This document shows positions 11,801 through 23,886 of a DNA stretch of 64,000 nucleotides, one piece after another. The notes beneath the pieces are model-generated. The model ran no database searches and was not told the origin of the DNA. It saw nothing but the letters and a program-made list of their open reading frames with translations. Source of the stretch: Octopus vulgaris (Eukaryota); the NCBI GenBank assembly GCA_951406725.2, contig OX597822.1, forward strand, positions 59,830,001 through 59,894,000. The letters are read 5' to 3'. Numbering within the stretch: position 1 is the stretch's first letter; the number at the start of each line of letters is the position of its first letter. The translations under genes and the position numbers were made by a program.

Positions 11801-14800
11801 TTCAAATTCCGCTGAGGTTGAATTTGCCCATCATCATTTCGGGATCGATAAAATAAGTACCAGCTGAGCACTGGAGTCGATGCATTCGCCTTACTACCTC
11901 CTCTAAGACTGCTGGCCTTGTGCCAAAATTTGAATCCAATATTAATACTTCATTTCTATAATATTAATAGAATAGTAATAACTCTAATTTTAGTACAGCT
12001 ATAAAATTGCTTTCAAATTTTGACACAAAGCCAGCAATTTCGGGGGTGGGGTTAAGTCAATTACATCAACCCCAGTGTTCAAATGGTGAATGTTTTATCG
12101 AACTCAAATGGATGAAGGAGTAAGTCGACCGTGGCGGAATTTGAACTCAGAAGTAAAAACGGAAGAAATACTGCTCATCATTTTGCGCGACGCAGTAACG
12201 ATTTTCAGCTCCCCGCCTTAATAATATAACCATAATATTAATACAACTTTATTTATATTACCAATTGACGCTATATCAAGCATATTTGAATTTAATATGT
12301 TTTTAACGTTTTATTGATATGTGCGTTAAGTTAGTAGTTTTACATGAGATGATATGAGTTTTGCATTGACAGTTTTACTTTGGCTTCTGATATATCACTC
12401 AGTAAAAATTATATTGAGGCATAACTATGCTAACTTAACATTCGAGTTTTGATTCATTCAAAATGAAAAAAATCACGTTCACTTGCAACTCATTTACAAA
12501 ATTAAGTCTTTTTGTAATGGTACTTTAATAACTCTCATAAAACAGTTTTTATTTCCTAACAATTTTATTTGATCACCTGCTAATTTATTCTTTTTCTATT
12601 TTTTGCTTTTGAAACTAGTTCTTTCAGCATGTTCTTCAATAACTTGCCTCAACGGTGGCACATGTGTGAATTCGGGTACCTCATTTGTATGCCAATGTCC
12701 TCCTAACTTTTACGGTAATCTTTGTCAAATTGAAGATAAATGTCGGACAGTGACTTGCCTAAACGGTGGTCGATGTGTTACAGCTAACATGGTTGCGAAA
12801 TGTAATTGCCCATCTGGATTTACTGGTCCACGATGTGGAATTTCCATTAATTCCTGTCAACCCTCACCGTGTCAAAATGGAGGAACATGCTATCCAAATG
12901 GAATTCAATTCACTTGTCTTTGCCCTGTTGGATTCACAGGACAACGATGTGACCAACGAATTTGCCCACCAAATATTTGTCAAAATGGTGGAACTTGTCA
13001 GATGATAAACAATCAAATCACTTGCCTATGCCGCAGTGGATATTACGGAGACAGGTGCCGGATGACGAACCATTGCAATCCACAATGTCAAAATGGAGGA
13101 ATTTGTGACGCAGTCACACGAAGATGTAATTGCCCTCAAGGATTTTTAGGAATAGATTGTTCAAGTAGAGATGCTTGTGGTTCTAATCCAAATTTCTGTG
13201 AAAATGGTGGAACTTGTCAGATGATAAACAATCAAATTAACTGCCTATGCCGCAGTGGATTTTACGGAGACAGGTGCCGGATGACGAACCAATGCAATCC
13301 ACAATGTCAAAATGGAGGAATTTGTGACGTAGTCACACGAAGATGTAATTGCCCTCAAGGATTTTTAGGAATAGATTGTTCAAGTAGAGATGCTTGTGGT
13401 TCTAATCCAAATTTCTGTCAAAATGGTGGAACATGTCAGGTGGTAAACAATCAAATTAACTGCATATGTCCAACTGGCTTTTACGGAAATATATGCCAGT
13501 TTCCAAGTCCATGCTTTCCAAAATGTCAAAATGGTGGAACATGTAACTTAAACACAAGAATATGCGACTGTCCTCCAGAATTTGGGGGTCGAGATTGTAC
13601 GATTAGAAATCCTTGTGCTTCAAAACCATGTTTGAATAATGGACAATGTTATGTACAAGAGTCATATAATTACACCTGTACATGTACCTCTGGATATACT
13701 GGAAAAAATTGTGAGAGTTTGGTAACGGTTTGTGCAACAAACCCCTGTTTAAATGGTGGACAATGCTTTCCTATGGGCAGCAACTTTGTTTGTGCTTGTC
13801 GACAAGGCTGGACTGGACAGAGATGCGAATTTCAAAGTGATCCATGTAATCCGAAACCTTGTCTTAACAACGGCGGCTGTACCAGATATGGAACGAATGA
13901 CTTCACTTGTTCTTGCATTAATGGATGGTCTGGTAAGATTTGTGATCAAAAGAATCCAGCTGTGAATTGCCTAACAAACCCTTGTCGTAACGGAGGAACA
14001 TGCCTTTATAATGCCAACCCAGTCACTTGCAAATGCCCATCTGGTTTTGATGGGAATTACTGCGAAGGTTAGTATAACTTTTGAATGTTTCATAATTTGA
14101 TGCAGGATGGTGTGTGATTTAAGACCCGATTCAATCAAAATCCAAATATTACTTCAATTCCAAGTTGCAGCCCCCCCCCCCCTCCCCTTCGCTTCACTTA
14201 TGTCGTTTGTATCGTTCGGAAAATTTACCGTGCCCTGTTGCTATCATTCTTTCTAATCAAAAAATTAACTTCAAACTTATATTCCAAAAGCATGTAACTT
14301 TAATGTGTTGATAAGCTTGTTCGATATTTCAAATTTAGATTCCTTCAATGAATTTCCTTCAGAGTTCTAAAACAAAACAAAAATTCCTTTCCACCATTCT
14401 CAAGGATTGATTCGAACAAAAAAAGAAAGGTCTTATAAAATAGATTATATTTATTTTATCGTAAATACACTAACTTTTCATATACAAATAACTTTAACAT
14501 TTTATCTCCCTTTAACGTTAATGTATAAAAATTCTTTAAGCAAGAATGGTACAAGGTATGGAAACAGATATGCCAAATTAAATGAGTATCAACACTCTAA
14601 TTAAAAATCATACGCTATGAGGAAAATACTACATTAGCTCCATGACAGTATTTTAATCATTTTATAAAGAACGGGAGACAACTCAAATTGTGTTTAGATA
14701 TTGCTATCGCACCATAGACTTCAGAACAACTTTGAGTTTGGAGTACGAGATGAATTAAAGGTATTAGTAGACGGAAATATTTCCCTCAATCCATAATAGT

Positions 14801-15812
14801 TTCAAACACAATTTCAGTGTAAAAAGAGTGTGTTTTAGGAGTGCCATTGAGTATATTTAGAGTGCCATTGAGTTAATTAAAGATATATTTATGTGTATGT
14901 GTGTGAGTGTATACATATATACGCACATATATGCACATATAAATACACAAAAATACATACGTACAGATATACACACATACATATACATATATATGAAAAT
15001 CCCACATTCAGCTAAAATCTAAGTAAGCAATATTTCATGGGAAAATCACTGCATTTTATTGATTTTTGGTCAAAACGCAATAAATCCAAGCTGTCCATCA
15101 TACAAGGGTATTCATTAAAGTTTGACATTGTGAATAAGTAATTTGGGGCAGTAGGTAGATCACACATACGCACACACACACACACACGTACACACACGCT
15201 AACACACTGGTTAGAGCAACCGGTCATGCAGATACAATCATACAGGCATTTGTACACAAGATAGTGTACATCACACACAAACACATGCTTGCAGACACAC
15301 ACACACACACACACACACACAGTGCAAAAATTGTGGAAAATACAAAAACCAGACAGATTTACACAAACATTATGTAAGACAACATTGCACACACACACAC
15401 GCGCACCCTTTTTTGCTCTCATGCACATGCGCGCGCACACACACACACACACACTACACACGTGTGATGCCGCACGGTTATACACACACATACACACACA
15501 CATACGCAGAACGCAGATTGTGGACAATGGAGCAACGAGACAGGTTAACACATATATTATGCAATACAACATTGCACACATCCACACACACACTCGCTCT
15601 TTTCTCTCTCATGCACACGCTCAACACAGACATATACATACTCACGTCACATACGCGTCATGCCGGGCGCTCACACACACACACACACGCGCGCGCAGAA
15701 TGCAGATTGGGGGCAATGGAGCAAATAGACGGATTTACACACACATTATGTAATACAACATTGCACATAAACACACACACACCCACACACGCTCTTTTTT
15801 CTCGCATGCACA

Positions 15813-15856
<44 letters not shown>

Positions 15857-16729
15857 CATATATATACACACACCAATACCACACACGCGCCGTACCGTGC
15901 GCTCATGCACACACACACTCACACATACTTTACTTTTGTTTTAGCCATCAACTGTTTAACGATATATAGGTCAACTTAGAATATTAACGCTTACGATTAC
16001 ATTCATATGCAAGGGTTAATAAAAAAAAATCCTGTTTCTTTACTGAAAATAAATAAATGCACTCTTTATAAAGCCTAGCCAGGCTCATGGGCCCGGTTTC
16101 CCAGTTTCTATGAGGTATGTGTTCTCCAGCTGGACGGTACGCCAGTCTATCGCAGCGTTACTCATTTTTGCCAACTGAGTGGACAGGAGCAACGTGAAAT
16201 GAAGTGTTTTGCTCAAGAACACAACGCGTCGCCCGGTCTTGGAATCGAAGCCACTATCTTACGATCATGGTGCTGACACCCTGACCACTAGCCACGCGCC
16301 TCCAGGTGCTTCTTTACTTACCGTTTTCAATATTCTACTGTAATATTCAAATTTGGCTCGACTTTTGACTGAACTCCCACATGTATGTAATGATTTCATG
16401 AACATGCAATGTTGGACAAATCGCGCACTCTGATTGGCCAGTTGGATATATTTCGCTCTGTGACGAAAGAGTTCATTGCGTTTTACGAAAGAGGTTACTT
16501 TTTAACACGAAAAAGCTGGAGATATGATTCGTAGAGCAAAAAACTAATTGTGTAGTAAAGTTCCCATTTCCATGGACAATAGATTAATAACAACTTCTAC
16601 AAAAACATTATTTTGGTGCCTATTGCATTTTGCAATCAATCTTTTCATATATACACATACATACATACATACATACATACATACATACATACATACATAC
16701 ATGCATGCATGCATGCATACATACATACA

Positions 16730-16762
<33 letters not shown>

Positions 16763-16928
16763 GCATACATACATACATACACACACACGCACACACACAC
16801 ACAAGCATATATATATACACATATGTAACAATTGTAGGCAATGTTAATTAATAAATCAATTTTATCCATTGAATCTCTCTGTTTTCTTACTTAATAATAC
16901 TTCATATATGTATATGTTTGTGTATGTG

Positions 16929-16960
<32 letters not shown>

Positions 16961-17011
16961 TATATATACATATATGCATATCAATAATATATATATATGT
17001 ATGTATGTATA

Positions 17012-17047
<36 letters not shown>

Positions 17048-17199
17048 CGTACGTACGTACGTATGTATATGTATCTATATAAATGTATATAGATATATTT
17101 ATACACACAACACACATGGCCACGCGCATACAGACACACACGCATATACATATATATATATACATATATGCATATCAATAATATATATATGTATGTATG

Positions 17200-17287
<88 letters not shown>

Positions 17288-18239
17288 TGTACGTACGTAT
17301 GTATATGTATCTATATAAATGTATATACATATATTTATACACGCAACACACATGGCCACGCGCATACAGACACACACGCATATACATGGGAATGCAGAAA
17401 ATTTCTTGGTTTTAAATGTTGCAACAGGCCTCGTTGGCAGCCCAACGATCCCAGTTCTTTTACTGAGCATAAAAAAAACTGAAGGCCTGCTGCAATAAAT
17501 GTGTAAATCCTCCTGTGTTTTCTTTTACTCCCAAACCAGGAAATTTTTAACACCCCCTTGTATATGCAATTTATAAAATGTTAATACGTAGAGTGGAGGC
17601 GGGTGGCTAGTGGTTAGGGTGTCAGCACCATGATCGTAAGATTGTGGTTTCGATTCCTGGACCGGGCGACATGTGTTCTTGAGCAAAACACTTCATTTCA
17701 CGTTGCTCCTGTCCACTCAGCTGGCAAAAATGAGTAACGCTGCGATAGACTGGTGTCCCGTTCAACTGGGGAACACATACGCCATAGAAACTGGGAAACC
17801 GGGTCCATGAGCCTGACTATGCTTTAAAAAAGGGCGCATTTATTTTATTTAAATACGTAGAACATAACATCTTAAACAATTGCTAAAATAGTGCTTGTAT
17901 TTTTCTTATTCTTTTGCAGTTATCATCTCCCAAACGAGTAAGTACTGAAACTTTATTCATTCTTGCATTTCCTATTTGATAATATATCTACTGAATCCGA
18001 TTAGTGGTTTTAATTTTTATTTTTTTAATTGTCTCAGACATTAGACTTCGGCTATGCTGTGGCACCGCCTTGAAGAATATTAGTCTGAGGAATCGACTCC
18101 AGGAGTTATATTTTTTTAAAGCGTAGTAATCATTCTACCGGGTTCTTTTGCCGAACGGCTAAGTTACGAGGATGTAAACACAGCAGCGGTCGTCAAGAAA
18201 TGCTGGTGGTGGACAAACACAGACACAAAGACAACTATG

Positions 18240-18310
<71 letters not shown>

Positions 18311-19987
18311 TACCAAATCCAGTTACACAGCTATGACGGATTTGATCGGTCCGATGCTATAGTACAAAATATTTGCCGAATGTGCCACGCACTAAACTAG
18401 GAAACGTGTGGTTAGGAAGCAAACTTCTTATCACACCACCACGCTAGCGCCTGTAAACTAAACAACACAAGGAATTTTGTCCATTGCTGTAACCAGTTCT
18501 GCCAGTCCTCCACTTAAGCATTTGTTAAAATTTCTAAAATTTATTCTTATCATTTTATCCTCCATTTCTCAAAGAGATTATACCGCCTAAATAATCATAT
18601 ATATATGGGTTTCATTTTCCATTTCTTGGGCGGGGACAGAAAAAAAGAACGTAGCTCGTGGTCATTTAAGCTGCCCTTCTTTGTGCGAGTAGTGAGGCAA
18701 CAGACAATGGGGTTTGTTCGATAAATGTAAAACATTTCAGGTTTATATCATGAGGGCAGTTAACTTTGATAACTTTTATAGGTCTTACCAGTATAGGCCC
18801 AGGCCATGTCTAACTTAATAGCACCACCTGGCGAAATATTTTAGTCATATATGGAGCACCATGAACCACTCTAGCAAAGAGTTATTATTGTTGGAGACAT
18901 ATCCGGCTGTAGGAGGTTGGTCCGGGATTTTTTGAAGAAACTTGTCCAGTGAACTTTTGAATTTGATGAAATCCTTTTCCGTTATGACGTATATTGGTAT
19001 GGTATTAAAAAGAACTTAACCGGTTAAGGCAAAGCAGTTGTGGCGTAATGTTGTTATTTGTCCTGAGTTCGATTTTTGTAGTGGGCGGATAGCACGGAGG
19101 CCAAGTCTTGGGTGGATTTCATAATTGATGCCAACATCATTGGTGCAATATTGATGGAATATTTTCCACATCACACATATGATGTAGCGATCCCGGCGAC
19201 GTTGGAGAAAGTAGAGATTAAGTGTTTTTAGTTGACCCCAATAATCATAGGCTGTCATGCCGTCTATCTTTCTTGTTATTGACCTCTGGAGTGCTCCCAC
19301 TTTCATAATGAGTTCCTTCGTGTGGGGAGAACACAGTGGGTAACAATATTCAAGGTGGGATCGGGGAAAAGTAGAGTAAAGAAGGATGGGCATCACTAGA
19401 CCGGAAAGTTCTTAGAATCCAGGAGCATATCTTGCAGGCCAAGTCAACCTTGCTGTTTACGTGGGAACTCCAGCTTAGATTGTTGTTAACAATTACTCAT
19501 AGAACACTGGTGTTATTGGATGTGTTGTGTGGACGCCCCCAGACGATGTAGTAGACTAGCCCAATACGTAGATATAGAGGGAGAAGTCTAGACGTCGTAG
19601 AAGAGTAGCGGTGAGAGCACCGCAGAGTAGCGTAGTAGAGGTCATCCGAACGTGCGACATAACAGGATGACACTAGGAAGTCACCCGAGGGAAGGGCATA
19701 TGTTTCAGAGTATCCAAATGCTTCATTCAACAGCATGTGGACTAACTGATTTTCAGAATACAAGGCTGCAACAGTATTTACTCATATCTAATCCTAATCA
19801 CGTATTGGAAATGTTAGTTCCTACACTACGTGAAAATGCAGCAAAACAGTTCTACCAGCATGAAACCCAAGGTTTGGATGGAGTGCTGGCAGTAATTTAG
19901 ACAATATACGTGTTTTTGTTTGTGTGTGTGTGCGTGCATGTGTGTGTGTGTGTGTGTGTGGTGGGGTGTTTGTGTGTGTGGGGTGTG

Positions 19988-20037
<50 letters not shown>

Positions 20038-20464
20038 TCTGTGTGTGTGTGTGTTTGTGTATCTGATAGAGAAAGAGAGAGAGTTTATCCTTAGCATTTA
20101 TAAATGTAAATGGTGCGGCTGAATTGTTTTACCTAAGTGAAAAAATATCGAACATTTCAACAAGGATCTACAAGTGTGTGACTGGCCACTCAAAGCCAAC
20201 TGCCATAAATAAAAAAAGTTAGAGGTTCCTGACAGCAAAGCAGATCGATGAATAATTTTCAAGATTGGATTTACAGACTTGCTATGTAGTCAGTCTCTTT
20301 TAATTATATAAAAGTAATGATTTAAATATGCTTGAATAATCGTCGGTTTAAAAAGATGTATGATTTAAGTAGTCAGTCAATAAAATGTGTCAATGTGCTT
20401 CTATCCATATGTGTCTGTGTAACGTGTGTGTATATGTGTATGTGTATGCACATATGTATGTATG

Positions 20465-20516
<52 letters not shown>

Positions 20517-20856
20517 CGTGTATGTCTATGTGTATGTATGTATATTATGTATATATATACGCACACATGCATACATGTATACATATATATTCACATACAT
20601 ATATACATGTATATGCATATACATATATACATATATATATTGTGTTTATATATATATTTCTTTATTTTCTTTTTCAATAGACTTCACGTGTCCTCAGGCA
20701 TCCGGTCTTTTCCCTGACCCACAAAGCTGCAGACATTTTTACCAGTGCGATTGGAACCTTTCCTACAGAAAAGATTGTCCTGGAAACTTGCATTTCAACA
20801 AGAATCTACAAGTGTGTGACTGGCCACTCAAAGCCAACTGCCAGATTGGAAAATAA
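2727..20856 (+). CDS. Gene A (5'-incomplete): C2/MNNL-DSL-17xEGF-chitin-binding (CBM14) protein, presumed secreted. Exons 2727-2894, 3383-3527, 5318-5428, 6092-6211, 8367-8480, 10867-10986, 12619-14067, 17920-17937, 20681-20856
   Basis: All exons bounded by AG/GT with compatible phases; the joined 2421 nt are open to TAA (806 aa visible). Exon-by-exon homology to gene B. Equivalents of gene B exons 1-3 are presumably upstream of the window. Confidence 0.88.
3383..3527 (+). CDS. Gene A exon: DSL domain
   Basis: [48 protein letters not shown]; DSL cysteine pattern with CxxxYYGxxC; AG/GT ends. Confidence 0.88.
4572..4962 (+). mobile_element. tRNA-derived SINE family 1 (composite copy)
   Basis: A-box tggcagaaacgttag, B-box gttcgaattcc, core gaggtcgactttgcc-ttcatcctttcggggtcgataaattaagtacc; flanked by imperfect TSD tacagggctcc/tactgggtccc. 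Confidence 0.85.
5318..5428 (+). CDS. Gene A exon: EGF1
   Basis: [36 protein letters not shown], phase 1-1, 111 nt. Confidence 0.9.
6092..6211 (+). CDS. Gene A exon: EGF2 (calcium-binding-like)
   Basis: [39 protein letters not shown], phase 1-1, 120 nt. Confidence 0.9.
6642..6850. repeat. ~209-bp foldback hairpin containing hammerhead-ribozyme core motifs (probably Penelope pLTR-derived)
   Basis: Arms are near reverse complements; CTGATGA...GAAAC occurs on both strands. Confidence 0.75.
6925..7300 (-). mobile_element. SINE family 1 (two abutting/nested copies)
   Basis: Reverse complement of the 4613 element. Confidence 0.85.
7368..7482 (+). pseudogene. Dead EGF pseudo-exon in a gene A intron
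   Basis: [36 protein letters not shown]; in-frame TAG at 7436-7438, 1-nt frameshift, donor reads ataat instead of gtaa. Confidence 0.7.
8367..8480 (+). CDS. Gene A exon: EGF3
   Basis: [37 protein letters not shown]|gtgagt, 114 nt. Confidence 0.9.
10290..10677 (-). mobile_element. tRNA-derived SINE family 3; also ~18030-18450(-), 28652-28905(+), 31583-31716(+), 59523-59700(-)
   Basis: Recurring head gtggtaagaagcttgcttcccaaccacatgg...gggttcagtcc...gggcaagtgtcttcta. Confidence 0.75.
10867..10986 (+). CDS. Gene A exon: EGF4
   Basis: [39 protein letters not shown]|gtaac, 120 nt. Confidence 0.88.
11495..12218. mobile_element. Cluster of three SINE family 1 copies (-, +, -)
   Basis: ~11495-11695(-), ~11727-11935(+), ~12015-12218(-). 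Confidence 0.8.
12619..14067 (+). CDS. Gene A large exon: 13 tandem EGF repeats
   Basis: ORF 12603-14072; acceptor at 12619 or the in-frame alternative 12628; donor gaag|gttagt. Confidence 0.93.
16053..16305 (-). mobile_element. tRNA-derived SINE family 2; also 17593-17846(+), 22022-22328(-), 46704-46960(+)
   Basis: Head gtggctagtggttagggtgtcag...ggtttcgattcc; body ttcttgagcaaaacactt...gctgcgatagactgg; tail aaaagggcgcat(ttta)n. Confidence 0.82.
17920..17937 (+). CDS. Gene A 18-nt micro-exon linker (VIISQT)
   Basis: ttattcttttgcag|ttatcatctcccaaacga|gtaagtac; same flanks and length as 54926-54943. Confidence 0.75.
18780..19500 (-). mobile_element. CR1/L2-like LINE 3' RT fragment
   Basis: [20 protein letters not shown]...LQRSITRKI...LQRRRDRY. 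Confidence 0.8.
20153..20212 (+). pseudogene. Partial duplicate of the 3' part of the gene A CBM14 exon
   Basis: 53 bp matching 20791-20843 with one mismatch; reads [19 protein letters not shown]. Confidence 0.85.
20681..20856 (+). CDS. Gene A terminal exon: chitin-binding type-2 (CBM14/peritrophin-A) domain
   Basis: [57 protein letters not shown]; C-x12-C-x5-C-x9-C-x12-C-x7-C with aromatic residues; AATAAA at 20959. Confidence 0.9.
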
Positions 20857-20989
20857 ATACACCTAAAATGAACTTCTATAATCCCCACTGTTTCCTAAAA
20901 ATCAAGACTGAATTTTCATTTCACCATACGATGATAATTTTTAATTTGAGAATATATTAATAAATATTTGTTTTCTACTACAATCACTT

Positions 20990-21066
<77 letters not shown>

Positions 21067-22349
21067 CATTGTTTATATATAAATGATTTTGTCTAAATAA
21101 TTTAAAATGCTTTTCCTGTGATTCTAGAATAAAAATAACGCATGCATAATTTTCTGTCATGATAATTCTTTCGGAAACATTTGCAAGAAATATATATATA
21201 TAAAATTGTGAAAATCAAATACGTATTTAACGTATTTAACAGAGCCTTCTTCAGATCAGACTAATCATTATTGCAATCAAAACGAAATAAAGAAATTATC
21301 AGAATAGTTTTATAAGCATGTCTTTGTTTCTTTTCATTTCTCCCATCAATCCCATTCAATTTGTATTGTGCGCGAGCGAGTGTGTGTATGGGTTCTCCAG
21401 GCGTGTAACAAACACATACTCATCAAATATAGTAATTATAAATCACAGATACAAGATGAAATATCTCTTACTTACAGCATACCCATTCATGGAAAATCAG
21501 TGTTTCATCCAGAACACATATTTTCCCTCTTCAATACATCAAATATTGTGTAAGATACTTCAAATAAATATACAAGCAATTTTCTAACCATGATGCAACT
21601 ATTAATAGCTTATTACAAGGGAACCTACCTTGTAATAGAAGTACCTTCTTGATGGTACTTCTATTACTAGAAGTACCTTCTAGAGGGTACTTCCAGCTAC
21701 CAGATTTAGCAGCCAAATTTCCCATATTACACCCCACTACGTAAAAAAAGGACATATTGAATAACGTTGTTTTTGACACGCATTGCCTGCGAGAGGGAAA
21801 TGATGATCGTGGCTGGAATGTGGAAACATTTTGGCTTACGTCGAGATTTCTTAGTATGTAAATAAGTTTGCACATTTGCCACCTGGACATGGCAACATTG
21901 CCACAGCATCTGTTTAGAGTCATTTTATGATGAGTTCTTGTAAGCCTCTGTGCATGTATTTAGGTATGTATGAATGTAGGGGTTATATTTTATATAATAT
22001 ATAATATTTATTTATTTTTTATTTATGCGCCCTTTTCAAGCCTAGCCAGACTCATGGGCCCGGTTTCCCGGTTTCTGTGGCGTATGTGTTCCTCCTGCTG
22101 GACGGGACGCCAGTCCATCGCAGCGTTACTCAAGAAACAGGAAGAAAGAGTGAGAGAAAATTGGGGCGAAAGAGTACAACAGGGGTCACCACCATCCCCT
22201 GCTGGAGCCTCGTGGAGCTTTAGATGTTTTCGCTCAATAAACACACACAACGCCCAGTCTGGGAATCAAAACCGCGATCCTCCGACCGCGAGTCCGCTGC
22301 CCTAACCACTGGGCCATGGCGCCTCCACATATAATATAATATTATATTA

Positions 22350-22922
22350 TATATAATGCGAGCAAAAGCCCCACCCCCGTCCAATTGACGGTGCTGTGTT
22401 GTCAAACATTTAAACCAAATTTTCTCAAACCAACTTGTCCGAACGTCCCATAGGCCTCCCTTTTGAGAAACACTGATTTAACCTAAATTTGAGACACCAG
22501 CAAAAGAAGAAATAACGATAGACTTTTTTTCTATTCCGAAGAAAAACGATTTTATTCACACAAATATGCAACCGAAGAGTTTAAAGTATCAGTAGTGATA
22601 AGGCTGTTGACTGGGAGAACACAAACATGGTTTAAACAGTAAGCTTCGCAGGAAAGAAACGTGCCTTTAAGCAGTACAAAAAATGGAAGGTGCAGTTATG
22701 TACAGTTTGACGGAAGAAAAGCAGGACAAAAACGATGCACTTTCCCATGGCATTATCGATCGCATTCTCACCTGGAATCGAATTTTGTAATTTTTTTCAA
22801 GACTTATACACGCCCTGATACCGTCGGTATCTACATATCAAATTTGAGCGCAATCGGATGGAGGATGCCCGAGATCCTAGAAGACACACACACAGAGACG
22901 GAATGGATTTTATATAATAGAT
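22350..22922 (-). mobile_element. Non-autonomous Helitron-like element
   Basis: Minus strand starts atctattatataaaatcc, then (TG)n and ccgattgcgctcaaatttgatatg, a layout shared with the 38515 element. Confidence 0.45.
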
Positions 22923-23439
22923 ATGTAAGTATCTATGTATAGAAAGAAAGAAAGAAAAGAAAATAGAGAGAGAGATTCACACACACATACACATGTATAT
23001 GTATATTCATGCATACATATTTGTATAAACACAAAAATTTATAACATTATATAAAACTCAGAAATTTCACAACTTGAAGAATTTTGCACACAGCTCGGAG
23101 TCAGCTATTACGAATGCGGAGAGCAAAATACAATTTGAAAAACAGAAGACAGAGATTATCAATGCAATGTCAAAAATTCATTTACTACAGCCGCTTTAAT
23201 AACTCATACGTATCTTAACAGGTATATTATTGTTTGGCAATATAAATTATACAGAACGAGAGAATCACGTTTTCACGGATATTTTTGGTAATTTAAAGAT
23301 CATTAGACGTGAGTCTAAATGAAAATATATGAAGAGATTTTAATGATACTTATGCTTTCATAGTCGTTGGAATGAATGAGTTACATTTTCCATTGGATTG
23401 TAGAACTTCAACTGAACAATATCTATTTCTTTAATACCC

Positions 23440-23758
23440 ACTTATTTAATCGACCCCGAAAGGATAAAAGGCAAAGTCGACCTCGGCGAAATTTGAACTC
23501 AGAACGTAGCGGCAGACGAAATGCCTATTTCTTTACTACCCACAAGGGGCTAAACACAGAGGGGACAAACAAGGACAGACAAACATATTAAGTCGGTTAT
23601 ATCGACCATAGTGCGTAACTGTTACTTAATTTATCGACCTCGAAAGGATGAAAGGCAAAGTCGACCTCGGTGGAATTTGAACTCTGAAGTTAACGGCAGA
23701 CGAAATACGGCTACGCATTTCGCCCGGTGTGCTAACGTTTCTGCCAGCTCGCCGCCTT
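23440..23758 (-). mobile_element. SINE family 1; further copies ~25436-25580(-), 37118-37348(+), 37760-37979(-), 43948-44167(+), 49065-49211(-), 54480-54665(-)
   Basis: Same A/B boxes and core as the 4613 copy. Confidence 0.85.
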
Positions 23759-23886
23759 TCAACTGAGCAATATCTGAAAGCTAAAAACACACATGCTCAT
23801 TGAACAATACTCTTATTCCTTATTTGCAGTTAAGTGAGCTAGACCATTTGATACTTAGGGGGTAACAAGGCATAAACATTATCCTC

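Noticed and set aside
12603-14072. Calling the EGF ORFs Notch, Crumbs, fibropellin or canonical Delta/Jagged
   Set aside because: No LNR, ankyrin, laminin-G, CUB, vWC or transmembrane regions are seen and the gene ends in CBM14, so no gene symbol was assigned
20332-20680. N-terminal part of the ORF 20332-20856 (and 56440-56467) as a stand-alone chitin-binding gene with its own leader
   Set aside because: The upstream part is microsatellite and polypyrimidine tract with a clear acceptor at 20681 (56468), in phase with the upstream exons
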